Shown: positions 1 to 16,034 of the stretch, in pieces | Position numbering within the stretch: the stretch's first letter is position 1 | Layout of the letters: each line of letters starts with the position of its first letter | Assembly: GCA_965153355.1 (NCBI GenBank) | Contig: OZ231126.1 | Span: 4,464,001 to 4,528,000 of the forward strand | Direction: 5' to 3' | Length of the DNA: 64,000 nt | Source of the DNA: Flaccisagitta enflata | Lineage: Eukaryota | Notes under the pieces: model-generated | Seen by the model: the letters and a program-made list of their open reading frames with translations, nothing else | Told to the model about the DNA's origin: nothing | Database searches by the model: none | Translations under genes and position numbers: made by a program

Positions 1-2832
<2,832 letters not shown>

Positions 2833-3247
2833 ATTTTCTCCTTTTCAATTCTTTATCCCCAAGTACATAATTGATTTTTTTGCTCAGCCAAGTTTTTGTT
2901 GTTTGCGACCTTTGCTCGGTTCTTTTCCGTATTGAAATCCGATTCAAACTAAGGGAGCGTTTCAAGCGACAACGCATTGCAGATTGCTTAAGATCATTTG
3001 ATATAGGCTTTACTGCCTTTAAACTGAGTAATGAAAAAATTTCAATTAAAGAAAAAAAAAACCAACTGAAGCATTCTGAATTTGAGCTATATTAATTAGC
3101 CTTTATAAAATCTATTGATACAAACTAAAATTTTTTTTGTCATTCAATCAGGTAAGCTAGGATTATTTGGTACATGTTTATTTTGATTAAAACTTTAGCA
3201 TTTTATAGAAATGATCACAAATTATTGCAGATTAATAATTTAGACTA

Positions 3248-3975
3248 GGCCCGTTAATATCGTTTTCAGCGTGAACACATATACATGGCGCGTTTCCTGT
3301 GACAATAATATTTGGGACAATGCCCGCCGATATGGTTCTCAGCGTGAACACATATTCATGACGCGTTTCCAGTGACAACAATATATGGGACTGTGCCCGT
3401 TGAGATGGTTCTCAGCATGAACACATATTCATGGCGCGTTTCCAGTGACAACAATAATTGGGACTATGCTCGTTAATATGGTTCTCAGCGTGAACACATA
3501 TTCAAGGCGCGTTTCCAGTGACAACAATAATTGGGACTTTGCCCGCCGATATGGTTCGCAGCGTGAACACATATTCATGGCCTGTTTCCAGTGACAACAA
3601 TAATTGGGACTATGCCCGCCGATATGGTTCGCAGCGTGAACACATATTCATGGCCTGTTTCCAGTGACAACAATAATTGGGACTATGCCCGTTGAGATGG
3701 TTCTCAGTGTGAACACATAATCATGACGCATTTCCAGTGACAACAATATTTGGGACTATGCCCGTAAATATCGTTTTCAGCGTGAACATGACTTATTTAT
3801 GAATTTCAACTTTCCCACAAGGAAGTGAGCAAAGTGAGTGAGCAAGCCCTTGAATGGAGCACACGAAGCATTGTGGAGTGTTAGCGGTGCCATGCTGCCA
3901 GGCTGCCAACAAACGAACATGGAGAGCGATCAAGCGGCCCGTTAAAAACGAGATTGTGTGGAGTAGAAACAGGTC
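3248..3975. repeat. 73-nt minisatellite (~7 copies) inside a degenerate copy of the Harbinger-like MITE family
   Basis: GTGAACACAT recurs at 3271, 3344 and onward. The unit and the downstream GAGTGAGC...AGCGGCCCGTT sequence match the element at 23541-23785. Confidence 0.75.
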
Positions 3976-4091
3976 CTGAAAGTAATTGAATGAGGAAAAA
4001 AAGAATATTTCGGACGAGATTTGTTACCGAATTTTTAACTCAATTCGGTATCGAGTTTGTAAATGTTGGAGCATTTTTACGATCTCGGCTA

Positions 4092-4704
4092 TTGGGCAGC
4101 GGCCCTTAAGGGGACGAAGTCCTGTCGAACACAGAGGGAATCTGTCCAGATGTACATCCGTCTGTATGTCCGTCCAGAGGTCCATCTCTATGTCTGTATG
4201 TCCTTTCCCCCCTGCCCCATCCTCAGGGCTCTGTCTTCTTTGAGGCCTATTCTGACCCAAATTCTGCCAATTAGCCCGAAGTCAAGCAATATGGCCCAGA
4301 TCTAAGCAAAATGGCCCAAATCCAAGCATAATTGCCCTAATCCAAGCAAAATGGCCCAAATCTGGCTCAAGGTCTATCATTTTGGCCACTTAGACCTATG
4401 TGATACCTGACCAGATTTTGCTTGGATTTGGGCCAAATTGTTTGGATTTTGGCTAATTGACAGAATTTGGGTCAGAATAGGACCAAAAGTAGACGAAGCC
4501 CCCAAGGATGGGGTGGGGGGACAAACAGATGGACGGACGGTCAGATGGATGGATGGATGGAAGAACGGACAGACAGATTCCCTCTGTATTCTACAAAACT
4601 TCATCCCCTTTGGGGCCGCTGCCCTGCTCCCCTTCAACTTAGATCACACACTACTCAACGGGGAACGGGTACTGATGATCACCTACTGCCTTTGGGCTGC
4701 TATT
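4092..4704 (+). mobile_element. Non-autonomous element family A (Helentron/DINE-1-like architecture); other copies 8432-8977, 14483-14893, 19373-19463, 37993-38361, 44527-44620, 46272-46796, 46876-47368
   Basis: Begins TTGGGCAGCGGCCCC, with an inverted GGGGCCGCTGCCC subterminally, internal (GTCC/GGAC)n and short minisatellites, and a conserved tail (CGGGTACCGCTGACC). Inserted in T-runs with no clear TSD. Superfamily assignment is inferred. Confidence 0.75.
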
Positions 4705-4715
4705 GATAATCTAAC

Positions 4716-4930
4716 AACCATAGGCCAACCAAAGGCCAACCATAGGCCAACCATAGGCTAAGCCTAGGCCAACCATAGGCCAACCCTAGGCCAACCATAG
4801 GCCAACCATAGGCCAACCATAGGCCAACCATAAGCCAACCATAGGCCTAGCATAGGTCAACCATAGGCCAACCATAGGCCTACCATAGGCCAACCATAGG
4901 CCTACCAAAGGCCAACCAAAGGCCAACCAC
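4716..4930. repeat. 11-nt minisatellite (GGCCAACCATA)n
   Basis: Directly visible tandem copies. Confidence 0.95.
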
Positions 4931-5441
4931 ATGCTGAGCATCTCACGAACATGGATCGTGATTATGCCCCTGAACGGAAGAGAAGCATTGCGCTTCTTAT
5001 TTTCAATCATCAATATTCATTTGCCATTTCTCATCGCACAGTATCAGATCGCATCAGTCATGAATGTCTCACTCGCAAATAGGGATACGAAAGTGGTCGA
5101 TTTGATGCTGTTACACCGCTTCCACCTCTGCCTCCGTCTCTGTCTCCGCCTCCGCTTCCGTTTCCGCCTCCGCTCCCGCTTTCGCCTCCGCTTCCATGAC
5201 CACTCCCGCTTCCACATCTACTAACACATCTGTTGCCATGCAAAGCTTTGCAATATTATCATCAACATAGTTCAGTTGTTGTTAAATGTCACTTCTCACA
5301 TTCTTATCAATTTTGCATATATTTCTCTTTAGTGACAATTTAATGTGAGTCCATAAATGAACAAGCAAATTCTGACGAGTGGCCTTTCAATGTTAGAGGC
5401 TTGAGTGAACCAAAGTACTGATAAAAGAGTTGCAAAATGAG

Positions 5442-6737
5442 AAAACAAGGCCAACACCTTTAAGTCGCGTGCGAGACGATGGCAACTGAATTGACCTGAC
5501 TCCTTATTGTATCCCTTTATTGACTTAATCCAGACTTAAACCAGACTTAAACCAGACTTAAACCAGACTTAAACCAGACTTAAACTAGACTTAAACCAGA
5601 CTTAAAGCAGACTTAAACCAGACTCAAACCAGACTCAAACCAGACTCAAACCAGACTCAAACCAGACTCAAACCAGACTCAAACCAGACTCAAACCAGAC
5701 TCAAACCAGACTCAAACCAGACTCAAGCCAGACTCAAGCCAGACTCAAACTAGAATCAAACTAGACTCAAACTAGACTCAAACCAGACTTAAACCAGACC
5801 TAAACCAGACCTAAACCAGACCTAAACCAGACTTAAACCAGACTTAAACCAGACTTAAACCAGAATTAAACTAGATCTTAACCAAACTTGAACCAGACCT
5901 TAACCAAACTTAAATCAGATCTAAACCATGTAAAATGGAATGACTTATAGTGACTCAGAATGACTTATAGTGACTCAGAATGACAAAGAATGACTTAAAA
6001 TGACTAAAAATGACTTAAAAAGTTTTAAAATGACTTAAAATGATGTAAAATGACAAAAAATGACAAAAACTGCAATCACAAAAAAAAAATGACCTAAATT
6101 GACTTAGAATGACTTAGAATGACTAAAAATGACTAAAAATGACTTAAAGACATAAAACGGCGAAAAAATGCTAAGCCTTACAGACTCGGACTGACTTATA
6201 GTGACTCAGAATGACTTCTAGAGACTCAAAATGACTTCTAGTGACTCAGAATGACTAAAAATGACTAAACTCTTAAGCCAAACTTATACTAGACTAAAAC
6301 CAGACTTAAACCAGACATAAACCAGACCAGAATCAGACATAAACCAGACTTAAACCTGACCTAAACCAGACTTAAACCAGACTTAAACCAGACTTAAACC
6401 AGATTTAAACCAGACTTTGAGTGACTAAGAATGACTTAGAATGACTTAGAATGACTTAGGATGACTTAGGATGACTTAGAATGACTTTGAATAACTTAAA
6501 ATGACTTAAAATGACTTAAAATGACATAAAACAACAAAAACTTCAAAAGTCAAAAAATGACTTAAAGTGACTTAGAATGACTTGGAATGACTTAGAATGA
6601 CTTAGAAGGACTTAGAATGACTCAGAATAACTTAAAATGACCTGAAATGACTTAAAATAACATAAAGCAACAAAAAAAGCTAACGAAAGCAAAGTGTGAC
6701 AGACGGACCGAAACGACAGACAGACAGAGTAGGTCAT

Positions 6738-6740
<3 letters not shown>
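5442..6740 (-). mobile_element. Family B element expanded by internal 11-nt (AGACTTAAACC) and 10-nt (AATGACTTAG) satellites; shorter relative at 40782-41167
   Basis: Both copies start AAACAAGGCCAACACCT.TAAGTCGCGTG and carry the same AATGACTTAG array. Confidence 0.75.
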
Positions 6741-6783
<43 letters not shown>

Positions 6784-6882
6784 GAGAGAGAGAGAGAGAG
6801 GAAGTCAAAAGCTTCGCTTATGAGTTTTTTGAGAGATTAAAAAAACAAAAAAATTATGGATATTGATTACTTGAGGGAGAAT

Positions 6883-6973
<91 letters not shown>

Positions 6974-7285
6974 AAGAAAGAAAAAGAGAAAGAGAGAGAG
7001 AGCTTCATTTAATGGCTAATATCATTTTTTGTGTTACTGGACAGGGACATGGGTAAGGGCAGTAAAGTTTGAACATGCGAGAAATTATTAGGACCACATA
7101 TGATGCAACATGAGTCCAACCATGCATCCTATGCAACTCTTGTCTGAATGTGACTAATCATTGACTGTGGTACCACGTGTATCAAAAAAGAAAAAACAAT
7201 TTACTTTGACAATATAAGTATTCATTTAGCGAAAATAGAAATGATGTAGTCAAAGACTTAGATCTTCAATTTAGACCATTTTCAA

Positions 7286-7480
7286 TTTTTAGTCGCATGC
7301 ACGCAACTCTACAACCCCGAGGTTGGTTGGTTTGTTGGTCCATTGGTTGGTTGGTAACACTTAGCTTTTTTGGCGATTTGGTGTTTTTTGGATTACCACT
7401 CCTGTCCAAATGCTTGGTTAGTCTTTTTTATCACCGCCCCTCTCCACCCGCATATGGTAGCCATGTATATGGCCTTGTTT
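7286..7480 (+). mobile_element. Non-autonomous element family B (HINE/DINE-1-like); other copies 12649-12814, 16835-16952, 28717-28897, 29000-29203, 55846-56042(-), 57143-57358 and fragments
   Basis: TTTTTAGTCGCGTGCACGCGACT start, (GTCC/GTTG)n core, subterminal GCACGCGACT inverted repeat, terminal hairpin GGCCGTGTATCCGGCC followed by TTGTTT. Confidence 0.8.
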
Positions 7481-10400
7481 AGCTTCATTCAACTTTGACC
7501 TATCTAGATCATTATCACTTTTCTAGCTTTTCCACTTTGACACCATGCTAGCCATGCCTCCTCAAAGTTTTAAACATTATATTCAATGGAATTGAGGATT
7601 TGAATAAAGGAACCTCAATATCGCTGTCTGAGTTTCTGTCAGGTTTCAGTTGGTACATGACTCTACAAAGTTCTTCCTGTATCATTAAGACCGCGCATCG
7701 GTGTCACAGAAAATGTCCATGATATTTTTGTTCTCGTTTTGAGGATGATTTTTCTTTAATGAGCGGTTTTCTGAGGCAATTGTTAGTCTGTTTTGCGACA
7801 AAATATGATGGGGAAGTATGCTTTCCCATTAAACTCTGTTGGATTTTTCGAGTGCTAAAGAAAAACAGAAGAGGACTGAATTTTGAAAAAAAGGGAAAAT
7901 GGTCATTGTCATGATTCTTTCCACTCCGCATTGGATTAGCGGGATGAAAAAGAAATTGCACAAACGTTATATGAAGCAAGCAAGTGTAGCATACACTAGA
8001 CTTCCTTTAAAGATTTTCTGACCCACATTAGGTCATGATTAGTGCACGCTATTTAACATTAAAAAAACAAGTGATGGAGGGTAACAATATTGTCGCGGAC
8101 GGGTGGGCAGGGCCAGCCAACCCCCATTGACACCGAACACCCTACCCAACACCTTTTTCAACACAGACACTTACACAAAAAGCTGTAAAACACTTGTTTT
8201 TCCACTTTTCGACGTGTGCTCATCAACAGACCAACGGACCATTGGACCAACGGGCCGACAGACTGACGGACCAACGGACCTGTGGACGGACGGACATCGG
8301 ACAAAGCCTCTTATAGTAGCGTGTCTGCTACCAACAAGTGACGCAGGGTCACAATATCATTGCGAATGGGTGGGCAGGGGCATCCAAGCCCCATCCACAC
8401 CCCAACCCACCTCCAACACTCTAACATACACAACTAGTCATCCAAGGATCGCATATGGTCAGCGGTACCCAATGCCCTGCTGGAAGTGATCCAGTGAAGA
8501 AGTGGAGTGAGAGCAGGGCGGCGGCCCCAAAGGGCCGATGTCCTGTAGAACACAGGGGGGAATTTCCATATGTCCTGAGGGGGCATATTTCAGGCCTTAG
8601 ATGACTGATTTAGGCCGCTGAAGGCATATTTGAAGGCTGGAGGGCATAATTAAGGCTTGGAGAGCCGATCTGAGGTTTGGAGGGCAAATTTAAGCCATAG
8701 AGGGCTGATTTTATGCTTGGAGGGCTAATTGAGGGTCAGGAAGGCAGATTTGAGGTCTGGAGGTCAGATTTGAGGTGGGGGGCTGATCTGAAGCCTGGAA
8801 AGCTGATTTGAGGCCTGGGGGGCTATATTGAGGGCTGGGAGGGCAAATTTGAGGGCTGGGAGGGCAAATTTGAGGCCAACGAGGGGGGGGACGGAAGGAC
8901 GGACGGAAGGACGGACGGACGTATGGAAATTCCCCCGTTCTACAGGACATCGGCCCTTTGGGGCCGCTGCCCAAAAAGTATCGAAAATGCTCATATTCAA
9001 CTCAATCACCATGACGGACCGATGGACCAACCAATGGACCGATGGATGGACAAAGCCTCTTATAGAGTTGCGTGTCCGCAACTAAAACTGTCAAAAGTAA
9101 ACAAGTGAACTATCTTGACAACCATAGCAACTTTTTATGCTGTAACGCAGACAGTCCCATTTCATTTTTTCTCCCCCTCCCTATTTTTTTTCATCAAATA
9201 TCGTCTGTCAAAAATCAACTTTGTATCAAAGTTGATTAATATGCATTTATTTGTCAGTTGAGACGATGAGGCAAACTTCACTGAGGTTTAAATTTATGTC
9301 TACTTATGCAATAAACAGGATGTGACCAATGTAGTATGAAACTGAATCAATGATGAGTATCTCATGATGGGAATTACAAAAAACATAGATTACCTTTATA
9401 AGGGCAAAAGATTGAAATCAAGGCTCAAATTTCAAAGGGATTGCCATATTAGCATCATATAACCTAATCTGAATTAAACACCGATGACCAGTTTTTTTGG
9501 CAAAAAAAGCAAAGAACCTTTTTGCATTGGAAAATTTGGTCTTATGCATTGTTTCATTAGGCACAAAGACCAATTTTTTTTTCTCAAACCCAACTGGTCA
9601 GCTAAGTTTTGTCTTACATATCATTTTCTGCCTGGATATATGAAGAGACAAAAAATATCTTCTGGGCCAGTGAGATTGTAGCAACATTGATGCAGGTTGA
9701 AAGATTTTACGATTTAATGAATTTAAAACTTCCGTGAACTGTAATCAAGGCTTTTAAACCTAATGTTGATGCTGCTATCTCAAAGTGCCATTTAGTTTTT
9801 GAACCCTGTTGAGCTAGAATAGAAATATGCATGATAAACTGTCCTGATAAGAAGAAGAAGAAGTTTGCTCCCTTGCAACTCGATAAAATGTGGTTTTAAT
9901 CTCAAGTAGTGCTAAGTCAATGTACTGTAATAAATATTGATGCCATGGTTGGTATCAATGTTTAGAGCTGGATTGTTAGGTAACATGGAATACAGATGAA
10001 AAAAATTGAAATGGAATTACCATATTTCTCTTAATGAGCGCCTACTTTGTACCTCCCTTTTTAAAGAAAACATCTGGGATTTTCCCTTGTTTAGGGGGCA
10101 GTGGCCGAGGAGGGCCCAACCATCATAGAATAAAAAAGAATTCTCCATAGCCTAACCCTAGAACACTTGATAAGTTGCTTTGTTGGTTGGTTTGTTGGTC
10201 TATCCCTTGGTCTGTCTGTTGTTATAACTTTTTCTTTGTACATGTTTTAAGGCATTTTTTGTTCTATCGTTGCTCTTCCCACCCGCACACAACTTAGGTA
10301 GCCATGTATCTACCCTTGTTATGTAAAAGGTAAAATCTTTCTCTTAGTTACAAAAGCTTAAATCCAGAAACCTCAACAGATATAAGAGCAGTTCCCTCTT

Positions 10401-10485
10401 TTTTGCCCTTTTGCCGAATCTTTTTTCAGCATTAAAAGCCAGTCGGTTTTTTCCCCTTTTTTTATGTTCAAGCATTGTGCTCCCC

Positions 10486-10569
<84 letters not shown>

Positions 10570-10635
10570 CCTCTTTCTTTCTCTCTCTCTCTTTTTTTTT
10601 TCCTCTTTTTCTCTCTCTTACTGAAGGGAAAATAT

Positions 10636-10785
10636 TAGCCAATCAGATGGCTTTTTCAAGGGTTAGAGCGGCAGATTCTCTCTAAAAGGACCAATAAGAG
10701 TGCGTTGCCTAGGGTAAGAGCAACCAATAGTCCAAATTTTTGGCCAATCCAAGAACCCATTTAAGAGTAAAAGCGACCAATGAGC
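10636..10785 (+). promoter_or_regulatory. Candidate promoter: five co-oriented CCAAT (NF-Y-type) boxes plus an RFX X-box-like site, flanked by (CT)n tracts
   Basis: CCAAT at 10639, 10691, 10724, 10744 and 10777, all preceded by two purines. GTTGCCTAGGGTAAG at 10704-10718. Lies ~2-3 kb upstream of the first Ig exon. Confidence 0.55.
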
Positions 10786-10847
10786 TTTATGCTTGGTCTT
10801 CCTAGGCGTTCAACATGAAGGCAGAGATTGAACCATGATAACATCAA

Positions 10848-10934
<87 letters not shown>

Positions 10935-11035
10935 CGGTTTCAGTGGGTTCTGTCTAGGTGTCTGGACGAAAGAAGGGTACTGCTTCAAAAATACCCTACT
11001 TCATCCAAGTCTCAGACTCAGACGTCTAACTCACC

Positions 11036-11149
<114 letters not shown>

Positions 11150-11418
11150 CCATTTACCTTCCCATCTTTTCCCCCTTGCTTATTCTATTCTCCCATATCA
11201 ACCTTGGAGAGTGCTTTTTTTTTTTAACCTTTTCTATGTCTTCTTGTCAAAAGGCATTAGAGCCATTGAGTGCATCTTATTGATGTTTTTGTCATTGAAA
11301 GTATTTTCATTGTCATTGCAGGTAATTTGTCATCGCTGTTGTTCTATCTGCTTTTGAATTATCTCGGTGGTTGATCCAAGGGAGCTAAATTTTTGTAAGG
11401 ATGAGAGTAGTTAAAAGA

Positions 11419-11494
<76 letters not shown>

Positions 11495-11498
<4 letters not shown>

Positions 11499-12372
11499 CA
11501 CAGCCCTTGGCTAGCAATGCCACCCACTAAATTGGAAGCGTTCAACCGCCTCCACATCCCTAGACTAGCCATACAACCAACTGGATTAGAGGCGGTCAAC
11601 CGCTTCCACATCCCTAGACTAGTCATACAACCAACTGAATTGGAAACGGTCAACCGCTTCCACATCCCTAAACAAGCCACACACCCAACTGGATTGTAAG
11701 CTCTGAACCATTTCCACAGCCCTTGGTTAGCATTGCCACCCACCAAATTGGAAGCGTCCAACCGCCTCCACATCCCTAGACTAGCCATACAACCAACCAG
11801 ATTGGAAGCGTTGAACCACTTCCACAGCCCTAGACTAGCCATACAATCAACCAAATTGGAAGCATCCAACCGCCTCCACATCCCTAGAATAGTCATACAA
11901 CCAAGCAGATTGAAAGCGTTCAACCGCCTAGAATAGCCATACAATCAACCAGATTGGAAGCGTTGAACCGCTTCCACAGCCCTTGGCTATCAATGCCACT
12001 CTCTAAATTGGAAGCGGTCAATCACTTCCACATCCCTAGGCTAGCAATACTACCCACTAAATTGGAAGCAATCAACTGTTTCTACATGACCACATCCCTA
12101 GACTAGCCATACACCCAACCAGATTGGAAGCGGTCAAATGCTTCCACATGACCACATCCCTAGACTAGCCGTACACCCAACCAGATTGGAAGCGGTCTAA
12201 TGCTTCCACATGACTACATCTCTAGACTAGCCATGCGACCAGCCGGATTGGAAGCAGCCTACCCCTTGCTCAATGCCCAATGCCCATGGAAGCAGCCTAG
12301 CCTCTACCCCTTGCCCAATGCCCATCCCTAGACTAGCCATGCGATCCGACCAACCAGATTGGAGGCGGTCCA
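11495..12372 (+). repeat. ~54-nt minisatellite containing CATCCCTAG|ACTAGCC; the last copy runs into unique sequence (probable acceptor echo array)
   Basis: CCCTAG ends at 11563, 11617 and onward; last copy at 12331. Confidence 0.85.
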
Positions 12373-12527
12373 CCACTGACGTATCCTTGATAATCATTTA
12401 ATTGGACTCTAATGTATAGTGCCCAGTATAACACTAAACAGACTACTGAATGCGCCCGTTTGCTAAGAGAAAAACAGTGATGGATGGACTGACTCTACCT
12501 TTGGCGCACTTGTAAAACATATGGAGA

Positions 12528-12576
12528 ATGCCTTTAATTGATATTTATTTTGTTTTGGGCATCTTCATAATCATGA
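12528..12576 (+). CDS. Putative signal-peptide exon of the protogenin-like gene (exon possibly 12332-12576)
   Basis: MPLIDIYFVLGIFIIM followed by a weak phase-1 donor GA|GTAATC, compatible with the phase-1 acceptor at 13671. Confidence 0.3.
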
Positions 12577-12957
12577 GTAATCGGTTCATTCTTGAAGAAA
12601 CCGCGTTAAAAACATGATTTTGAGATGTAAAGTACATGGTTCAGCTCTTTTTTTTAGTTGCAGACACGCAACTCTATAAGAGGCTTTGTCCATCCGTCGG
12701 TCCGTTGGTCCGTTGGTCCGTTGGTCCGTCCGTCCGTCAAGCTTGAGTTGAAAAATTGGAAAAACCCCCTGCCCACCCGTCCGCAACTGGTGGCCGTGTA
12801 TCCGGCCTTGTTTTTTCTTGTTGTAATACCATGGTTTTCATTTCATTATGGCACCCTGTTTTCAAAAGCATCTACAACCAGCAAAACCTTTATTGTGCCT
12901 ATTACGTATTATTCTTCTTCCTTCAAGAAATATCTTGTTTTTCTTTCCCTCTTCTAA

Positions 12958-13377
12958 GGTCGCGTTTCTAGTCACAGACAATCGCGTTTTGAACGGGCCA
13001 CTCGGTCGCTCGATACGATCGTTCTCTCGCACCGCTTACTCTCCACAGTACTCTGCTTTGCTCCATTTGCAGGCTCGCTCACTCACTTTGCTCACTCCCT
13101 CCAAGGACGGTTGAAATTTATAAGTACAGTTAAACCCCGCTCTAACGGATTTCAAGGGACTAACAAATTTTATCTGTTATAAGTGGAATTCTGTTAGTGC
13201 CAATACAGAAAATTAAAAGAAACAAGGTGAAGGGACTGCAATTTTATATCCATTATAATTCATAGGCGGATTTTCGTTAGTGGCGGGTCCGTTAGAGCGG
13301 GGTTCAACTATGTGATCATGTTGAAAACGCGTTCAGCGGGAACAAACGCATTTTTGGTCGTCACTAGAAACACGCCC
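12958..13377. mobile_element. PIF/Harbinger-like MITE with a nested pogo/Tigger-like MITE (13127-13310); second copy 23541-23785
   Basis: TIR GG(T/G)CG(C/T)GTTTCTAGT...ACTAGAAACACGCCC flanked by TAA on both sides. Confidence 0.7.
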
Positions 13378-13670
13378 TAATCCCCACCTCTGATTTTGAT
13401 AAACGCTACCATAAATTCCATCATGATTAGTTCCGAAAGTACTTTCAATTGTCTTGCTTTGTCTCTCATTGTTTGACACATAAACCAACCCCCCCCTTCC
13501 CCCCCCCCCCGCCGCATTCTGACATCCAATTTCATCTTATGATTGGTTCTAAAAAAAGATCCATAAGAAGTAATTAATATCGTCTTTTTCTTTGCTCTTT
13601 ATTCTCTATTTCTAATTATTTCTCTATTCAAATTGTCTTTTTCTTTGCTCCTCTTTTTGTCTGTTTTCAG

Positions 13671-13781
13671 GCGAATATATTCCCCTCGAATTGTTCTTTG
13701 TCCGGAACCTTGAGCCTAAGGATGTGGTGGTCCTGCCAAAGGCCGATGTCCTCTTTCACTGCTCCGCCTATACCCTGCAAG
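13671..13781 (+). CDS. Protogenin-like exon 1 (Ig1 N-part)
   Basis: TTTTCAG|..|GTAAGG; EYIPLELFFVRNLEPKDVVVLPKADVLFHCSAYTLQ; phase 1-1. Confidence 0.85.
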
Positions 13782-13846
13782 GTAAGGATAACAACACTAC
13801 AACATCCCTGCAAGGTATGTTTAGAAAAAAAAGTAACAATAAGAAT

Positions 13847-13913
<67 letters not shown>

Positions 13914-13919
13914 GCAAAG

Positions 13920-14013
<94 letters not shown>

Positions 14014-14099
14014 CCAAATAACAGCATTAACACCAATAACCACAACCTTGCAAGGTATGTTTAGAAAAAACAAAACTACAACAACGACAACAACAACGA

Positions 14100-14196
<97 letters not shown>

Positions 14197-14364
14197 CCTG
14201 CAAGGAATGTTTCGAAAAAAAAAAACAACAGCAATGACGTTGACGACAACAACAACAACAACACCACCACCACCAACAACAACAACAACAGCAACAACAA
14301 CAACAACAACAACCAGGACAACAACAACAACCCTGCAAGATATTTCAAGAAAGAAAAAAAAAAA

Positions 14365-14457
<93 letters not shown>

Positions 14458-15940
14458 CCACCTTGCAAGGCATCTTAAGAAATAATAGTCGCAAAAGCGT
14501 TAGATGGTCAGTGGTACCCGTGCCCTGCTTGAGTAGGTTGTGGATGAAGTTGAGGGGGGAGCAGGGCAGCGGCCCCGAAGGGGTCGATGACCTATGCTTT
14601 ATCATGTATGGGGAATTTTCTCCTCCTCCGCACCCCCCCTCCCCCAGCCTCCGGGCCCATATCTCAGCCTAAAGGCCCATATCCCACCCCCAAGGCCAAG
14701 ACTCCAGTCTCTAGGGATTTGGGCCTCAAGACTGGGATTTGGGCCTCGAGGCTGGGATATGGGCCTTTAGGCTGAGATATGGGGCCGGAGGCTGGGGGGA
14801 GGGGGGGTACGAAAGAGGAGAAGAAGGAGGAGAAAATTCCCCATATGTGTGAAAGCATAGGTCATCGACCCCTTCGGGACCGCTGCCCAAAAACGACAAC
14901 AACAACAACAACATCAACAACACCCCTGCAAGGTATTTTAAGAAATAAAAACAACAACGACAACGACAACAACCCTTCAATGTTGTCGAAAGTGTGGGCT
15001 CAAATCGCGTCTTTCCTAAGAAATGAAATTACACATTGTTGCATTCAAATCGTGATCTATGACCACCCTGTAAACTAGTTTAAGTTGTAATCAATTACGT
15101 CAAAGTTTTTATGAGTTTCTTGGGAGGAACAAATATTTATATTGATTGATATGCAAGGCCAGGCTTTACAATCAAGTATGCTGAATGGGCGGGGGGATGT
15201 TACCCTTTATTTACTATCTAGAGCATAAGTATGGAGACAAGCATTCATAGTAATTACTTTGCAAAGAATAACAAATCTTTTTAAAAATCAGTGAGATTTT
15301 TTAACTTCATCAAATTTCTGATCCAATGCCACAAACCGCATCTATCTAGCTTAAGCCATTTAGAAATGAGAAGCAAAACAAAATTGGTATTCCAATTGAA
15401 TGATAGCAAAAATATTGCATTTAAATTTCTCCACTTAGTAATAACACTATTATAAGAACGATTGAAGATTTTTTAATCTCATTTTTTGTCACTAGTTCAG
15501 CGCTAAAAACTCATAACATATTTTTGGCTGATTTCAACCTCACTGACTTTTGTGGTTGTGAAGAAGACCATGAGGAGCTTTAATAGTATTGACTAAAGAA
15601 TAATCCTAAAAAGTATATGAAGGGAAAGGGGTTTAGTATTCAGAGCTAACATTCGATTAAAAAGTTTGAATACCCATCGTGAATAAATCATTGAACCTCT
15701 TAGATGCAATACTAAATATAAAACATATTCTAAAAATTTTGAAATAGATACCTCATACATGGATCAATCTAGTACTATTTTGTCTCCATACTTTTGCTCT
15801 AGATAGTACCTATAGTCTGATAAGATACTTTAAGTCTTACAAGATGTCTATTTAAGTGACATTGTTGCATATCCAAAAGCTTCTACAGCAGTATCATGAC
15901 AACCAAGCTTTTCTTTTTTTCTGTTTTTGTCCATGTACAG

Positions 15941-16034
15941 CTCCAAAGTTCCGAGGCATTGTCAGCAGTAACATGACTGTGTGGCGTTTGAATGGAAAAC
16001 CCATTCAAAATGTACTTACAGAATTACAGTACAG
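15941..16034 (+). CDS. Protogenin-like exon 2 (Ig1 C strand)
   Basis: ACAG|..|GTATGT; APKFRGIVSSNMTVWRLNGKPIQNVLTELQY; phase 1-2. Confidence 0.8.

Noticed and set aside
4940-7860. Exon-like minus-strand segments at ~4940-5417 and ~7613-7855
   Set aside because: Plausible acceptors but stops in all frames and no recognisable domain; could be non-coding or decayed exons, not supportable as CDS.
11411-11944. 177-aa repeat protein ORF on the minus strand
   Set aside because: By-product of a 54-nt (3n) minisatellite; no splice or domain support.
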